From NCBI GenBank assembly GCA_029564175.1, contig JAKQQL010000024.1, positions 1-43,631 on the forward strand: a stretch of 43,631 nt of DNA, written 5' to 3'. The notes beneath the pieces are model-generated. The model was not told where the DNA came from, did not search any database, and saw nothing but the letters and a program-made list of their open reading frames with translations. Below are positions 30,480-39,671 of the stretch, one piece after another (the first letter of the stretch is position 1; every line of letters starts with the position of its first letter). The stretch comes from Candidatus Cloacimonadota bacterium. GTDB lineage: Bacteria; Cloacimonadota; Cloacimonadia; Cloacimonadales; WRIO01. A program made the position numbers and the translations under genes.

Positions 30480-33400
30480 TTACTTCATAAGGATCATTTT
30501 TTGAGTTGCAGTATAACGAGGAGTTGTCATTCTGTAGAAGTAAACGCCTGAACCTGCATCTTTACCCGCTTCATCTTTACCGTTCCAGACAACTGAGTGG
30601 TTGCCAGCAGTCATCACTTCGTTAACCAGTGTGCGAACTTTCTGACCTTTGACGTTGAAGATTTCAAGGCTTACAGGCGCAGTTTCTTTTACACTGTATT
30701 CGATACGGGTAGTTGGATTGAATGGGTTAGGATAGTTTCTGTTTAATTTTGTAGCTAAAACAGGTGTAATATCACTTGCCTGAGTCAATTCAATCATGAC
30801 ATCATCTAATTTCATCATGAACATATCAGTTACGTCATGGTGACGGAAAGCGATATAAATGTTCTGATTTGAGTAGTTTGTCAGAGGAACTGATTTCTGT
30901 ACCCAGTCACCACTCTGAATAGTTTCAGAGAATACAGAAGTAAATGATGCGATATTGGTATTAGTAGTAGAAATCATTACAGAGTAATGTTCTGATGGCC
31001 AGTCAGGATCCTGAGCAGCAACCCAGAATCTAAGAACAGCAGCCTGATTTGCACCGTAGGTTGGTAAATCAATTTTAGGTGTGATAAACCAGTTGTCAGG
31101 TGTTAATGCGCCAACATTGTTAATGTAAGAAGCAGAAGCAACACATTTAGCTCCAGCATGAGCAGCACCGTCTTCAGTGTATTCAACCCATTTGTAAGTG
31201 TCGCCATCATTATCGACATTCATCCAGCCCATTGGAGGGAATGTGCCTTCAAAGCCTTCATTCCATGGGAACTGATTGATTACAACGTCTGGATTAACAA
31301 CAACAGTAACTGTAGCAGGAGCTGATTCACCATCGGTGTACATTGCTGTTACATTGTAAGTATATTCACCGTTAGCCAGATCCATATCCTGATAAGTCAG
31401 GGTAGTGGTTGGTAATGGAGTTGGTGTTAATAAGGTAGTTCCACGATAAACTTTATAACCTAAGAGGTTGCGGTTAACATTACGGTTTTGAGCAACCTGA
31501 GAAACTGCAACGGCTTTGAAGATTTCTTTGTCATCAACAGGTGTTAAATCCATAACTGCTTTTTCTCTTGCAGGAGCAGATACATGGATATATTTTGCAG
31601 CACGGCCAGTACCTTCAGTTGCATAACCCTGGATAATCCAGTTGTAATCTAAAGTAGCAGCTAAAGAAGTTAAAGTAGTCCATGCATTGTTGAAATACAT
31701 CATATTACCAAAACCATTGAGTGCTGGACCAGCATCAGTACCTGCAGGATAACCTGAAGGTGTATTTAATGAGTAACCAATCCATAATTCACCATTCGCA
31801 GGAATAGTAACAGGAGTTGTTAAGTTTACTTCAGTCCAGTTGTCCACATTGATTGAAGGAACAGCCTGAGAAGCAGCTTCTGTACCAGGAGCGTATGGAT
31901 TACCGCTTCCGCCAGTCCAAACTTTTACAGTGTAAGTAGCAGTTGGTTCATGTGCCATAAAACGAACTCTTGTAATCTGTCCGCCAGCAACACCTAAAGT
32001 GGCTAACTGTTCAGCAGTGAATCTGTTAGCAACAGCAAATTCAACTGCACCACCAGTACCGATTGCGTCATTATATACGTCATCCGCATGAGTAATCCAG
32101 TCGCCTTCAGGACCTGCAGCTGACCAGTTAAGTGTAACATCATTACCTGTAACAGAACCAGTGAGGTTGGTTGGAGGATATAATACAGGAGCAACAGGAG
32201 TTGCAGAAACCGTATTTGAAGGATCAGATTCTCCGTCAGGAGTCGTATAAAGCGCTGTTACATAGTATGAGTAGGTTGTACCATTGGTAACGGTATTGTC
32301 TGTGTAAGTAGTTCCAGTAACAGGAGCTGTAGTAATAGCTGTATCGTCGCGATATACGTTATAACCAGCCAGTGTACCAGTAGAACCGGCAGCTGGAGCT
32401 GTCCATGATAAGCTAACATTTGCATTGCCTGCAGTAGCTGTTAAAGCAGTTGGAGGATTTAATACAGGACCAACTTCGAAAGTAATGTCATCCATACGGA
32501 TATAATCTACATCCGCATCTGAGTAAGCATGCCATGCGAAATAATAGTTACCTGTGGTAGCTGGAGTATAAGCAACAGTTTTTTCAGTATAAGCTGCGAT
32601 CAGCATATTTGGGTCATCCCAAATAACTGTGCCGGCAGTAACCGCTTCTAATGTCTGTGCGTTTGCAACAGTCATTTTCATTTTTTCAGGAGTTCCTGAC
32701 CAACCAGGTGCTTTCACCATGAATTTAACACGGTAAGTCGTACCAGCTGTTAATGCAACAGGAGGAGTTACCATCCATTCATTTTTAGGATTGGTTGTAT
32801 GATAGAATACGCCTACATGATTAGGAGCAGAAACAGCGTTTCCAGCAGTAGATTGAGTTACCCAAGGACGGGCATCTGTACCAGTAGCGGAAGCATAAGT
32901 AACCCAGCCAGTAGGTAAATTAGGGATAGTTACGTTGACATCAAAGTTTTGAGTATGAGGGATAGTGATCGTTGGATCAAATCCTTCACCTGATAATGCC
33001 ACATAATGAACGGTACGTGTTAAGTTGTCAGTAATTTCGATTGTTGCACCTTTCTGACCAACAGAAGTTGGATGGAAAGCTACATTGAAAGTAATACTTG
33101 CACCAGCAGCAACTGCAGCAGGATAAGTATTGGTATCAGTAAGCATAAACTGATCAGCATGAGTACCTGTTAAAACAACAGAAGTGATGCCTAAGTTGCC
33201 AGATCCAAGGTTGCTAATCGTAAATGTCTGAGGATTGGTTGTACTGTTTACAATTACCTGTCCAAAGTTTTTTTCAGTTGGTGTAACACCAAAGATAGGA
33301 TTTGCAGCAGGTTCAATAAAGAACATACGGGTATTAGGGATAAATGCTTTCAATGTTCCAGTTGGAGGAGCCATTGGATCAGGCATTACCGAATCACTGA

Positions 33401-35570
33401 TATATGACATACTGCGATTTACGCCAGTAGTGGCTGTCGCAAAGAATTCACTGTTACTGCCATGGTATTCTGGAGACCATTTTTTTACAGCAATTACTAA
33501 ATTCTGAGTACCATTATATGTAAAAGGTTGATCTAAGATCAGTTCAACCCAGCCATCAGTATTGGTTACGGAGATTGTTCCGTAATAAACCTGAGTCAGG
33601 TTAGCACCAGGAATCCAGTTTGTTGTTGCTGCAAAAGCTACAGAATCAGTGTGAGCCATATAAATAGCTAAACTGTCTGTAAAAGTTTCAAAACCATTAT
33701 AATGGTAATAAAGTTTTGAAATACGATGATTTTCTAAATTAGGAATTTCGGCAGGATAGAAGATACTCTGTGTATAAGAGTTTTTATAGTAAGGTTCCAT
33801 TGGTAAATTGGTATTAACATCAGAACCACTACCGACTTCAATCATTCCTTCAGGTAAAACAAAAGCGGTAACAGGAACTGCCACACTTGCTTCATCTGGA
33901 TCATTAGACAATACATTGAGTGTACCCGTATATTCACCAGCAGCAGTCGCGGTAAATGTCAGAGTTACTTCAGAAGTTCCGCCAGGTATAACCGTTGCAC
34001 CAGGAACAGATGCGGTTACGTTAGCAGGAAGTTCTAAAGTATAGATAAGGTCAGCAGCACCCTGATTTAAAACAGTTAAAACGGATTGTTTTGTGCCGTT
34101 GAATGGGACGCCACCAAAATTGACAGTAGCAGGAGAAACAGAGATATCAGCTGTTTGAGGAATATTCTCAATCATGATATCATCAACATATAAAGTCTTA
34201 TAAGTGCCACCTAAACCATGTTTGAAAGCGATGTATGAACCGGTAGTTCCCGCAAAGCTAATCAGATAGTTGGTATAAGTTGCCGTTGGAGAGATGGTTT
34301 CAATTGCAGTAAATGTTGTTTCATCCAAAGGATCAGTCATTGTACCAATCGTCAGGTTATAAGCAGTCGCTCCGCCTTTTGCATTGAAGAACATTCTTCT
34401 GGCATTCAGGTTTTGAACCATTGGAGAGATGAATAAAACTGTGGCATTTGCATCGCCTGAGTTAGCCAATTTTACATGATTTGGTGCTGAGTTACCACCG
34501 GTAGCAGTCTCAACTGCAGCTGAAGTGGATGTTGAAACCACTTTTTTAGTCCAGCCGACAGGTAAAAGTGGAACTGTTACTGCATCAAAATTCTCAGTAT
34601 GAGTTGGTGCAGTAATTGTTGGGTCAAAACCGTTGCCTGTTAACTGAACGGTATTGACTGTTCTGCCTAAGTCATCTGTAATATTGACAACAGCCGTTTT
34701 TGTTCCATAGGAAGTAGGCATGAATTTTACAGAGAATGTGCCTCCCTGATCTTCAGTTAATGCCATTGGATAAGTATTGGTATCAGTTAATATAAACTGA
34801 GAAGCATCAGCTCCTGCTAAAGCAACGCTGGCAATATTCAGCGTATTAATCCCTGCATTCATAAAAGTAAATGACTGAGCAGGAGATTCAACGTTTAATA
34901 AAGCATTACCAAAATCCTTTGAAGTTGGAGTAACATAAAACATTGGAGTAGTAGGAGTTACTCTAACTTTAATTTTGTCAAGCCATAAGTAATTGTCTGA
35001 GTTGCTGACAGTTGATTCACCGTAGAAGGCAAATTTTACTGTGCCAGAGTAAGCACTGAGAGGTAAAGAAACGTTAGTTCCACCTACTGGAATTGAGTTT
35101 AAAACATATTGTGAACCAGCATTGTCCCATTGTCTTAAGACATTAGTTGTTGACCAGGTTGTTCCATTATCTGTAGAGATCAGAACAACAAATTTGTCAT
35201 CAACGCCACTTAAATCTGGATCAATTGGCGCTGTACTGCTATACTTGGTAAAAGCAACTGTAAATTCGAGATTGTAATTATTAGTCCCTGTACCCAAATC
35301 AATGCTTGGTGTAACCAACCAATATTTACAGCTAGTACCGTATAGATTTACTCGGGCTGATTTGTTTGTTGCATCACCGTGTGCAAAGTTTCCCTGAGTC
35401 CACCCACTTGTTGTTGAAGTTAATGTAACAGGATCTGTCAGTAATCCTGAAAATCTTGTCCAGTTAGCTGGCGGGTATGTACCCTCAAAATTTTCAAGCA
35501 AGAGACTTTGTGCAAACATGACACTGATCATGGTGAGCAGCATCATTATTGTAAGCATCTTCTTCATCAT
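30480..35570 (-). CDS. Large modular surface protein (1696 aa): cleaved-adhesin/choice-of-anchor J-like domains, PapD/ASH-like choice-of-anchor D domains, FN3 and C-terminal FlgD-Ig sorting domain
   Basis: Signal peptide; LTPDNWFITP and IYIAFRH (adhesin); duplicated VTPT.KxFG...F.PTS.G module; PTALTA...LSWTAP...GYNVYRD (FN3); NYPNPFNP...KMILMK. Confidence 0.85.
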   Translation of the reverse strand: MMKKMLTIMMLLTMISVMFAQSLLLENFEGTYPPANWTRFSGLLTDPVTLTSTTSGWTQGNFAHGDATNKSARVNLYGTSCKYWLVTPSIDLGTGTNNYNLEFTVAFTKYSSTAPIDPDLSGVDDKFVVLISTDNGTTWSTTNVLRQWDNAGSQYVLNSIPVGGTNVSLPLSAYSGTVKFAFYGESTVSNSDNYLWLDKIKVRVTPTTPMFYVTPTSKDFGNALLNVESPAQSFTFMNAGINTLNIASVALAGADASQFILTDTNTYPMALTEDQGGTFSVKFMPTSYGTKTAVVNITDDLGRTVNTVQLTGNGFDPTITAPTHTENFDAVTVPLLPVGWTKKVVSTSTSAAVETATGGNSAPNHVKLANSGDANATVLFISPMVQNLNARRMFFNAKGGATAYNLTIGTMTDPLDETTFTAIETISPTATYTNYLISFAGTTGSYIAFKHGLGGTYKTLYVDDIMIENIPQTADISVSPATVNFGGVPFNGTKQSVLTVLNQGAADLIYTLELPANVTASVPGATVIPGGTSEVTLTFTATAAGEYTGTLNVLSNDPDEASVAVPVTAFVLPEGMIEVGSGSDVNTNLPMEPYYKNSYTQSIFYPAEIPNLENHRISKLYYHYNGFETFTDSLAIYMAHTDSVAFAATTNWIPGANLTQVYYGTISVTNTDGWVELILDQPFTYNGTQNLVIAVKKWSPEYHGSNSEFFATATTGVNRSMSYISDSVMPDPMAPPTGTLKAFIPNTRMFFIEPAANPIFGVTPTEKNFGQVIVNSTTNPQTFTISNLGSGNLGITSVVLTGTHADQFMLTDTNTYPAAVAAGASITFNVAFHPTSVGQKGATIEITDNLTRTVHYVALSGEGFDPTITIPHTQNFDVNVTIPNLPTGWVTYASATGTDARPWVTQSTAGNAVSAPNHVGVFYHTTNPKNEWMVTPPVALTAGTTYRVKFMVKAPGWSGTPEKMKMTVANAQTLEAVTAGTVIWDDPNMLIAAYTEKTVAYTPATTGNYYFAWHAYSDADVDYIRMDDITFEVGPVLNPPTALTATAGNANVSLSWTAPAAGSTGTLAGYNVYRDDTAITTAPVTGTTYTDNTVTNGTTYSYYVTALYTTPDGESDPSNTVSATPVAPVLYPPTNLTGSVTGNDVTLNWSAAGPEGDWITHADDVYNDAIGTGGAVEFAVANRFTAEQLATLGVAGGQITRVRFMAHEPTATYTVKVWTGGSGNPYAPGTEAASQAVPSINVDNWTEVNLTTPVTIPANGELWIGYSLNTPSGYPAGTDAGPALNGFGNMMYFNNAWTTLTSLAATLDYNWIIQGYATEGTGRAAKYIHVSAPAREKAVMDLTPVDDKEIFKAVAVSQVAQNRNVNRNLLGYKVYRGTTLLTPTPLPTTTLTYQDMDLANGEYTYNVTAMYTDGESAPATVTVVVNPDVVINQFPWNEGFEGTFPPMGWMNVDNDGDTYKWVEYTEDGAAHAGAKCVASASYINNVGALTPDNWFITPKIDLPTYGANQAAVLRFWVAAQDPDWPSEHYSVMISTTNTNIASFTSVFSETIQSGDWVQKSVPLTNYSNQNIYIAFRHHDVTDMFMMKLDDVMIELTQASDITPVLATKLNRNYPNPFNPTTRIEYSVKETAPVSLEIFNVKGQKVRTLVNEVMTAGNHSVVWNGKDEAGKDAGSGVYFYRMTTPRYTATQKMILMK

Positions 35571-35616
35571 TTTCCTCCTTGTAGTTTAAAGTATCTAATA
35601 ATACTTTCAAGGATCA

Positions 35617-35645
35617 ATTTTGCGAGATTTTTCATAACTTGTCAA
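35617..35645 (-). promoter_or_regulatory. Sigma70 promoter TTGACA-17-CAAAAT for the 1696-aa gene
   Basis: Near-consensus boxes on the minus strand about 47 nt upstream of the start codon. Confidence 0.55.
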
Positions 35646-35778
35646 GAAAAATCTTTTTCTATTCTCTGTTTACAGACTTTTAGTCTTCAAAGTTTGAATA
35701 TAAGCCATTCAAAATGAATGAAATAAAAACGTGGAATTTCTTCCACGATTTTTAAATATTCTTTTAATTCCTGATGAA

Positions 35779-37851
35779 TTACTTGATCAATATCATTTTG
35801 CCAGCAGCATGATGTTGACCACATGTGATTTTATAAAGATATACGCCTGTTGCCACGTGCTTATTCAGTTCATTTTGCCCATCCCAGTTAACGGAGTATT
35901 CTCCTTTGCCTCTGATCTGGACATACAGTGTTTTAATCAACTGCCCTTTTAAATTGTAGATTTTGATTTCTGCCATTTCATTTAAATCATTATTTACCGC
36001 AAAGTTAATAGTAGTTGATGGGTTGAATGGATTCGGATAATTTCCTTTCAATTGAATCACCTGATCTTTACTGACAGGTTCAATATCATCATCACTGGTC
36101 ACTTCTCCCCCAGTAAAACTGGTAAATGGCGACAAGACTCCCCACATAACACTCAGGTTGATGATTTGCTGTTTGATTTCATCTGCCTGTTGAGAACCGG
36201 CTGGATAGGTATAATATAAAATCATCAAATCATCTATTTTCTGTTTTGCCCATATTTTAGATAAAAAAGCATATTTCGTCTGATTAGAATCAGATAAAGT
36301 AAATGAATATTCATAACTTACCGGCTGATTATAAGCCATACCGCTGAAGGTCAGATTAACCGTTACGGGCTCTGAATAGCGCCCACTGATGATCATCTGA
36401 TTCCCTTTATACAGATTTGGCAGATTTATCGGATGAATATCTTGGATGACACCCGCAGGAGATATACTTAAACTTGGATGAAGCAATACCGGATTTCTGA
36501 TCATAGAATAAAAACCGGTTAATACACTATACAATTCATTATTGCCAAGATATACCGCAATTCCGTTGTTTTGATTGGCAGTCTGACTTAATAAGGGGGT
36601 ATTAACACTGGGACCAATTCCAAAATTAAACAAGTTTATATTCGTTTCTGTTTCAATGATCAGGTTGTTTATATAGGCAATCAGTTCGTTAGTACCTGTG
36701 ATACCAGCGGTTTGCTCACCGTCTGTCATAAAGATAATGATATTGGCGGTACTGGTATCTGCTGCTGCAAACTGAGGAACTGCCAATCCAAAAGCGCCTG
36801 AGATATTGGTTGAACCCTCTGCAATAATCGATGAGATATAATTCAAGGCAGCTTGTTTATTCGTTTCATTAAAGTCATAGTGGGAAGCCCAAAGTGAAGT
36901 AACATTTGATGAAAAACTAACCAAATTAAACTTATCGCCTTCATTGAGATTATTCACGATATATGTCGCCGCTTCTTTGGCCTGAACGATTTTATTCCCT
37001 GCCATGCTTCCTGACCGATCGATTATCAATGTAAATACTTTTTCAATGACATCTGTATTTTCAGAAGGATCAGGCTCTACAATCATTGTAAAGAAACCCT
37101 GCTCTGCTTCGTCCGGAACAGCATCCAGATAGTTACTCATTGCCCATAGTCCTAAATCTTCCTGACTTAGTGCATATCTCAGGTGATAATCTCCCTGATA
37201 ATACTGCTCAAAATAAACGGTACTTGCCTGATTCGAATCTGTGGTATTGACTTCATTTGTAATATTGAGTAAATCGTAAGCGGTAATACTTCGATCAGAA
37301 TTTAAAACAATACTCAGATTTCTCAGTATTTCCATATTTGCTGATAGGTCAATCAGCTCATAATTATTTTTAAGAATCAAATCCACATTCCCATTTGAGT
37401 ACGGGAGTAATTGCATATAAGTTAATTCGACTTTTATCGTATCCATGATATTCAGTTCAGTGGGGATATCAAATATTACAGGGAAAGACCCTTCCAGGTA
37501 TGTGAGAAATTCATCTGGAAGAGATGAAGGCCCGCCAACCGGATTTTGTGGGGTTGGAGAGATGATGGCTTCTTGCCATTCATTATTGATAAACCATCTG
37601 ATTTTAGTTGCATTCCCATCTGCGGGTACTGGAAAATAAAGTCTGGGAGTAAACAATTCTGACACATTCTGATTTACAAAGGTCTCAGTTGATTTGACTT
37701 GAGCAATTTGATTTTCAATTTCCACTTCATAATCGCTTTGAACTAAAGTGCCGAGTTGAACATAACTCACTTCTGAGTTCACGATAAAACCAACAGCCAT
37801 TAATTGTAAAGCCATTAAAAGTGCACAAAAAAACAGAACTTTCCGTTTCAT
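35779..37851 (-). CDS. VIT + vWA (inter-alpha-trypsin-inhibitor-like) protein with C-terminal FlgD-Ig sorting domain
   Basis: N-terminal VIT-like region; MIDAS DRSGS...T...TDG; IWAKQKI...SPFTSF helix; GNYPNPFNP C-terminal domain. Confidence 0.88.
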   Translation of the reverse strand: MKRKVLFFCALLMALQLMAVGFIVNSEVSYVQLGTLVQSDYEVEIENQIAQVKSTETFVNQNVSELFTPRLYFPVPADGNATKIRWFINNEWQEAIISPTPQNPVGGPSSLPDEFLTYLEGSFPVIFDIPTELNIMDTIKVELTYMQLLPYSNGNVDLILKNNYELIDLSANMEILRNLSIVLNSDRSITAYDLLNITNEVNTTDSNQASTVYFEQYYQGDYHLRYALSQEDLGLWAMSNYLDAVPDEAEQGFFTMIVEPDPSENTDVIEKVFTLIIDRSGSMAGNKIVQAKEAATYIVNNLNEGDKFNLVSFSSNVTSLWASHYDFNETNKQAALNYISSIIAEGSTNISGAFGLAVPQFAAADTSTANIIIFMTDGEQTAGITGTNELIAYINNLIIETETNINLFNFGIGPSVNTPLLSQTANQNNGIAVYLGNNELYSVLTGFYSMIRNPVLLHPSLSISPAGVIQDIHPINLPNLYKGNQMIISGRYSEPVTVNLTFSGMAYNQPVSYEYSFTLSDSNQTKYAFLSKIWAKQKIDDLMILYYTYPAGSQQADEIKQQIINLSVMWGVLSPFTSFTGGEVTSDDDIEPVSKDQVIQLKGNYPNPFNPSTTINFAVNNDLNEMAEIKIYNLKGQLIKTLYVQIRGKGEYSVNWDGQNELNKHVATGVYLYKITCGQHHAAGKMILIK

Positions 37852-37966
37852 AAAAAAGCCTCCTTTATTCTTCTTAACTAAGTTTACTGAAAATTAAGAT
37901 ATATGTCAACTCTTTTTTGAGAAAATTTAAAAAATCTTTGAGGGACTGTTCAATCTTTAAACCTTA

Positions 37967-38019
37967 GAAGCAAACAGGATGCTTACAGTACGATTGTAGA
38001 ACAAGCAACCTGGTTGTTT
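37967..38019. repeat. Degenerate REP-like doublet (...GCAAACAGGATGCTTACAGTACG and GTAG-AACAAGCAACCTGGTTGTT)
   Basis: Homologous to 42532-42582. Confidence 0.6.
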
Positions 38020-38056
38020 AAAGGTACTTTTTTGTAAAATGAATGCAATCTTTGAT

Positions 38057-38548
38057 TTAACTAATCTCTTTTTCCATCCATACAATATCAAAGGTCTTAC
38101 CAAACTTCTTTGCTACCTGATGGAAAACCCCACATTCTGTAAAACCGTGTTTTTGGTGAAATGCAATACTCTCTTTGTTTTCTAAAGAGATATCGGCAAG
38201 GATTTTTCTGATACCCATTTTTCTGCCTGCTTCTTCCAGCTTGTCTAATGCTTGTTTACCGAGACCCTTTCCTGTAAATTCTTTTTTAATAAAATAACTG
38301 ATTTCTGCTGTCTCTTTAAATACAGGAAAAGGGTTGTATGGTCTTAACAAACAAAATCCGACAATAATCCCTTCCGTTTTAATAACAAAGGCTGGATAAA
38401 ACTTAGCTATTTCGAGAAATTTTGAAAAAAACTGATTTGGGATCCTTGTCTCCGGGTAAGCATAGAAGGAATTTTCAATATAATAATTGAAAATATCCAT
38501 AACATCAGATTCATGTTCCTGAGACATTGTCTCGAAAATACAATTCAT
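38057..38548 (-). CDS. GNAT N-acetyltransferase, YncA/phosphinothricin-acetyltransferase-like
   Basis: DIFNYYIENS, TAEISY, GKGLGK, N..SIAFH.K.GF and KFG...D..WM motifs. Confidence 0.85.
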   Translation of the reverse strand: MNCIFETMSQEHESDVMDIFNYYIENSFYAYPETRIPNQFFSKFLEIAKFYPAFVIKTEGIIVGFCLLRPYNPFPVFKETAEISYFIKKEFTGKGLGKQALDKLEEAGRKMGIRKILADISLENKESIAFHQKHGFTECGVFHQVAKKFGKTFDIVWMEKEIS

Positions 38549-38787
38549 GATAAACTCCTTTCAACTTTCTGGAATACTTATTTAAAAAATGACGAGTATT
38601 CCATTCTTACATATGATTGATTTATAATATTTAAAGCATTAAACTTGTCAAACGTTTTCATGTTCTTTATTCATCGGTTTATTAATGAGGATTCTGATAG
38701 AAATCTCATGAATCAGCGTAAAGAATAAAATAGGATTGTTAGTGTTATACAAACACTTTCAAACAATCTAAGAACATTAAATAAGAG

Positions 38788-39531
38788 GTTTCTACTCAGG
38801 TTGTGGTTTGTTTTTAAATCAGTATGAGAGCTTTGAATTAGAAAGGATAAGATTTTTAGACACGGATTACGCTGATTTTAAGAGTTTTATGTTTTTAACC
38901 AGTTCTAAAAAAGGCATAACAACGAAGTTTTTTTTTAAAACAGACTCAAACTTCATCTGCTTTTTTGTTTTAAACAAGATATTAACGACTAATTCAAAGC
39001 TCTCAGTATATCTGAGTAAATAGAATTTTTATAGTAAATGTCAAAACGGTCAGTTGGAATGTGGTAAACAGAGCTTGCATTCCCCTCCTATGGAGAGTCT
39101 GTGCAAAAACAAGAGTTCCGGAGGAACGAAAGAATCCTAACCTGTGGTGAAATCACTGGAAAATAGTGAGATATGTTCAAGCGCTGTAGGTGCGATAGAA
39201 TAAAACCAGCATTTTTGCACAGGCTCTGGAGGGGTGGTATGTTTAATTATGAATGATGAATTATGAATGATAAATTGTTAAAATTACCCTAACAGGATGG
39301 TCGTACTTAAATACTATTTTAGTGTATTTAGTGCCTTTTCGGGGTAATAAAATTCGGTCGTACATCCGAAAAACCGTACTACAAGCATCTTGCTTGTAGC
39401 CTTTTCTGCAAGCTGGAAGCTTGCAGAACGATTGCGGATTTACGGCGCTTCGCTTCGCAAATCCCTACAAACCCAATGATAAAATTGATATTATTTTTTT
39501 ACTTCTGATTAGATATAACCTGAGTAGGTAC
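38788..39531 (+). mobile_element. 744-bp non-autonomous MITE-like element with imperfect TIRs and 8-bp TSD, carrying REP and short-repeat cargo plus a nested MITE
   Basis: Left end GTTTCTACTCAGGTT, right end AACCTGAGTAGGTAC; flanks AATAAGAG (38780-38787) and AATAAGAA (39532-39539). Confidence 0.65.
39095..39226. mobile_element. 132-bp nested MITE: 15-bp TIRs GAGTCTGTGCAAAAA / TTTTTGCACAGGCTC, 4-bp TSD TGGA
   Basis: TIRs match 14/15. TGGA lies at 39091-39094 and 39227-39230. Removing the element restores the palindrome CCCCTCC-TAT-GGAGGGG. Confidence 0.8.
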
Positions 39532-39624
39532 AATAAGAACAAAAAAATTAAATTCTGTCGTTTTAATCAACAGAATTAGGTTATATTATCTGATTTATAA
39601 ATTCAATTTCTTACGTTATGAATG

Positions 39625-39652
39625 AAAAAGGCAGAGATTTCTCTCTGCCTTT
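39625..39652 (-). terminator. Rho-independent terminator of the GLUG gene
   Basis: AAAGGCAGAGA-TTTC-TCTCTGCCTTT with an A-tract. Confidence 0.8.
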
Positions 39653-39671
39653 ATTAAATGGTTTATAAGTC

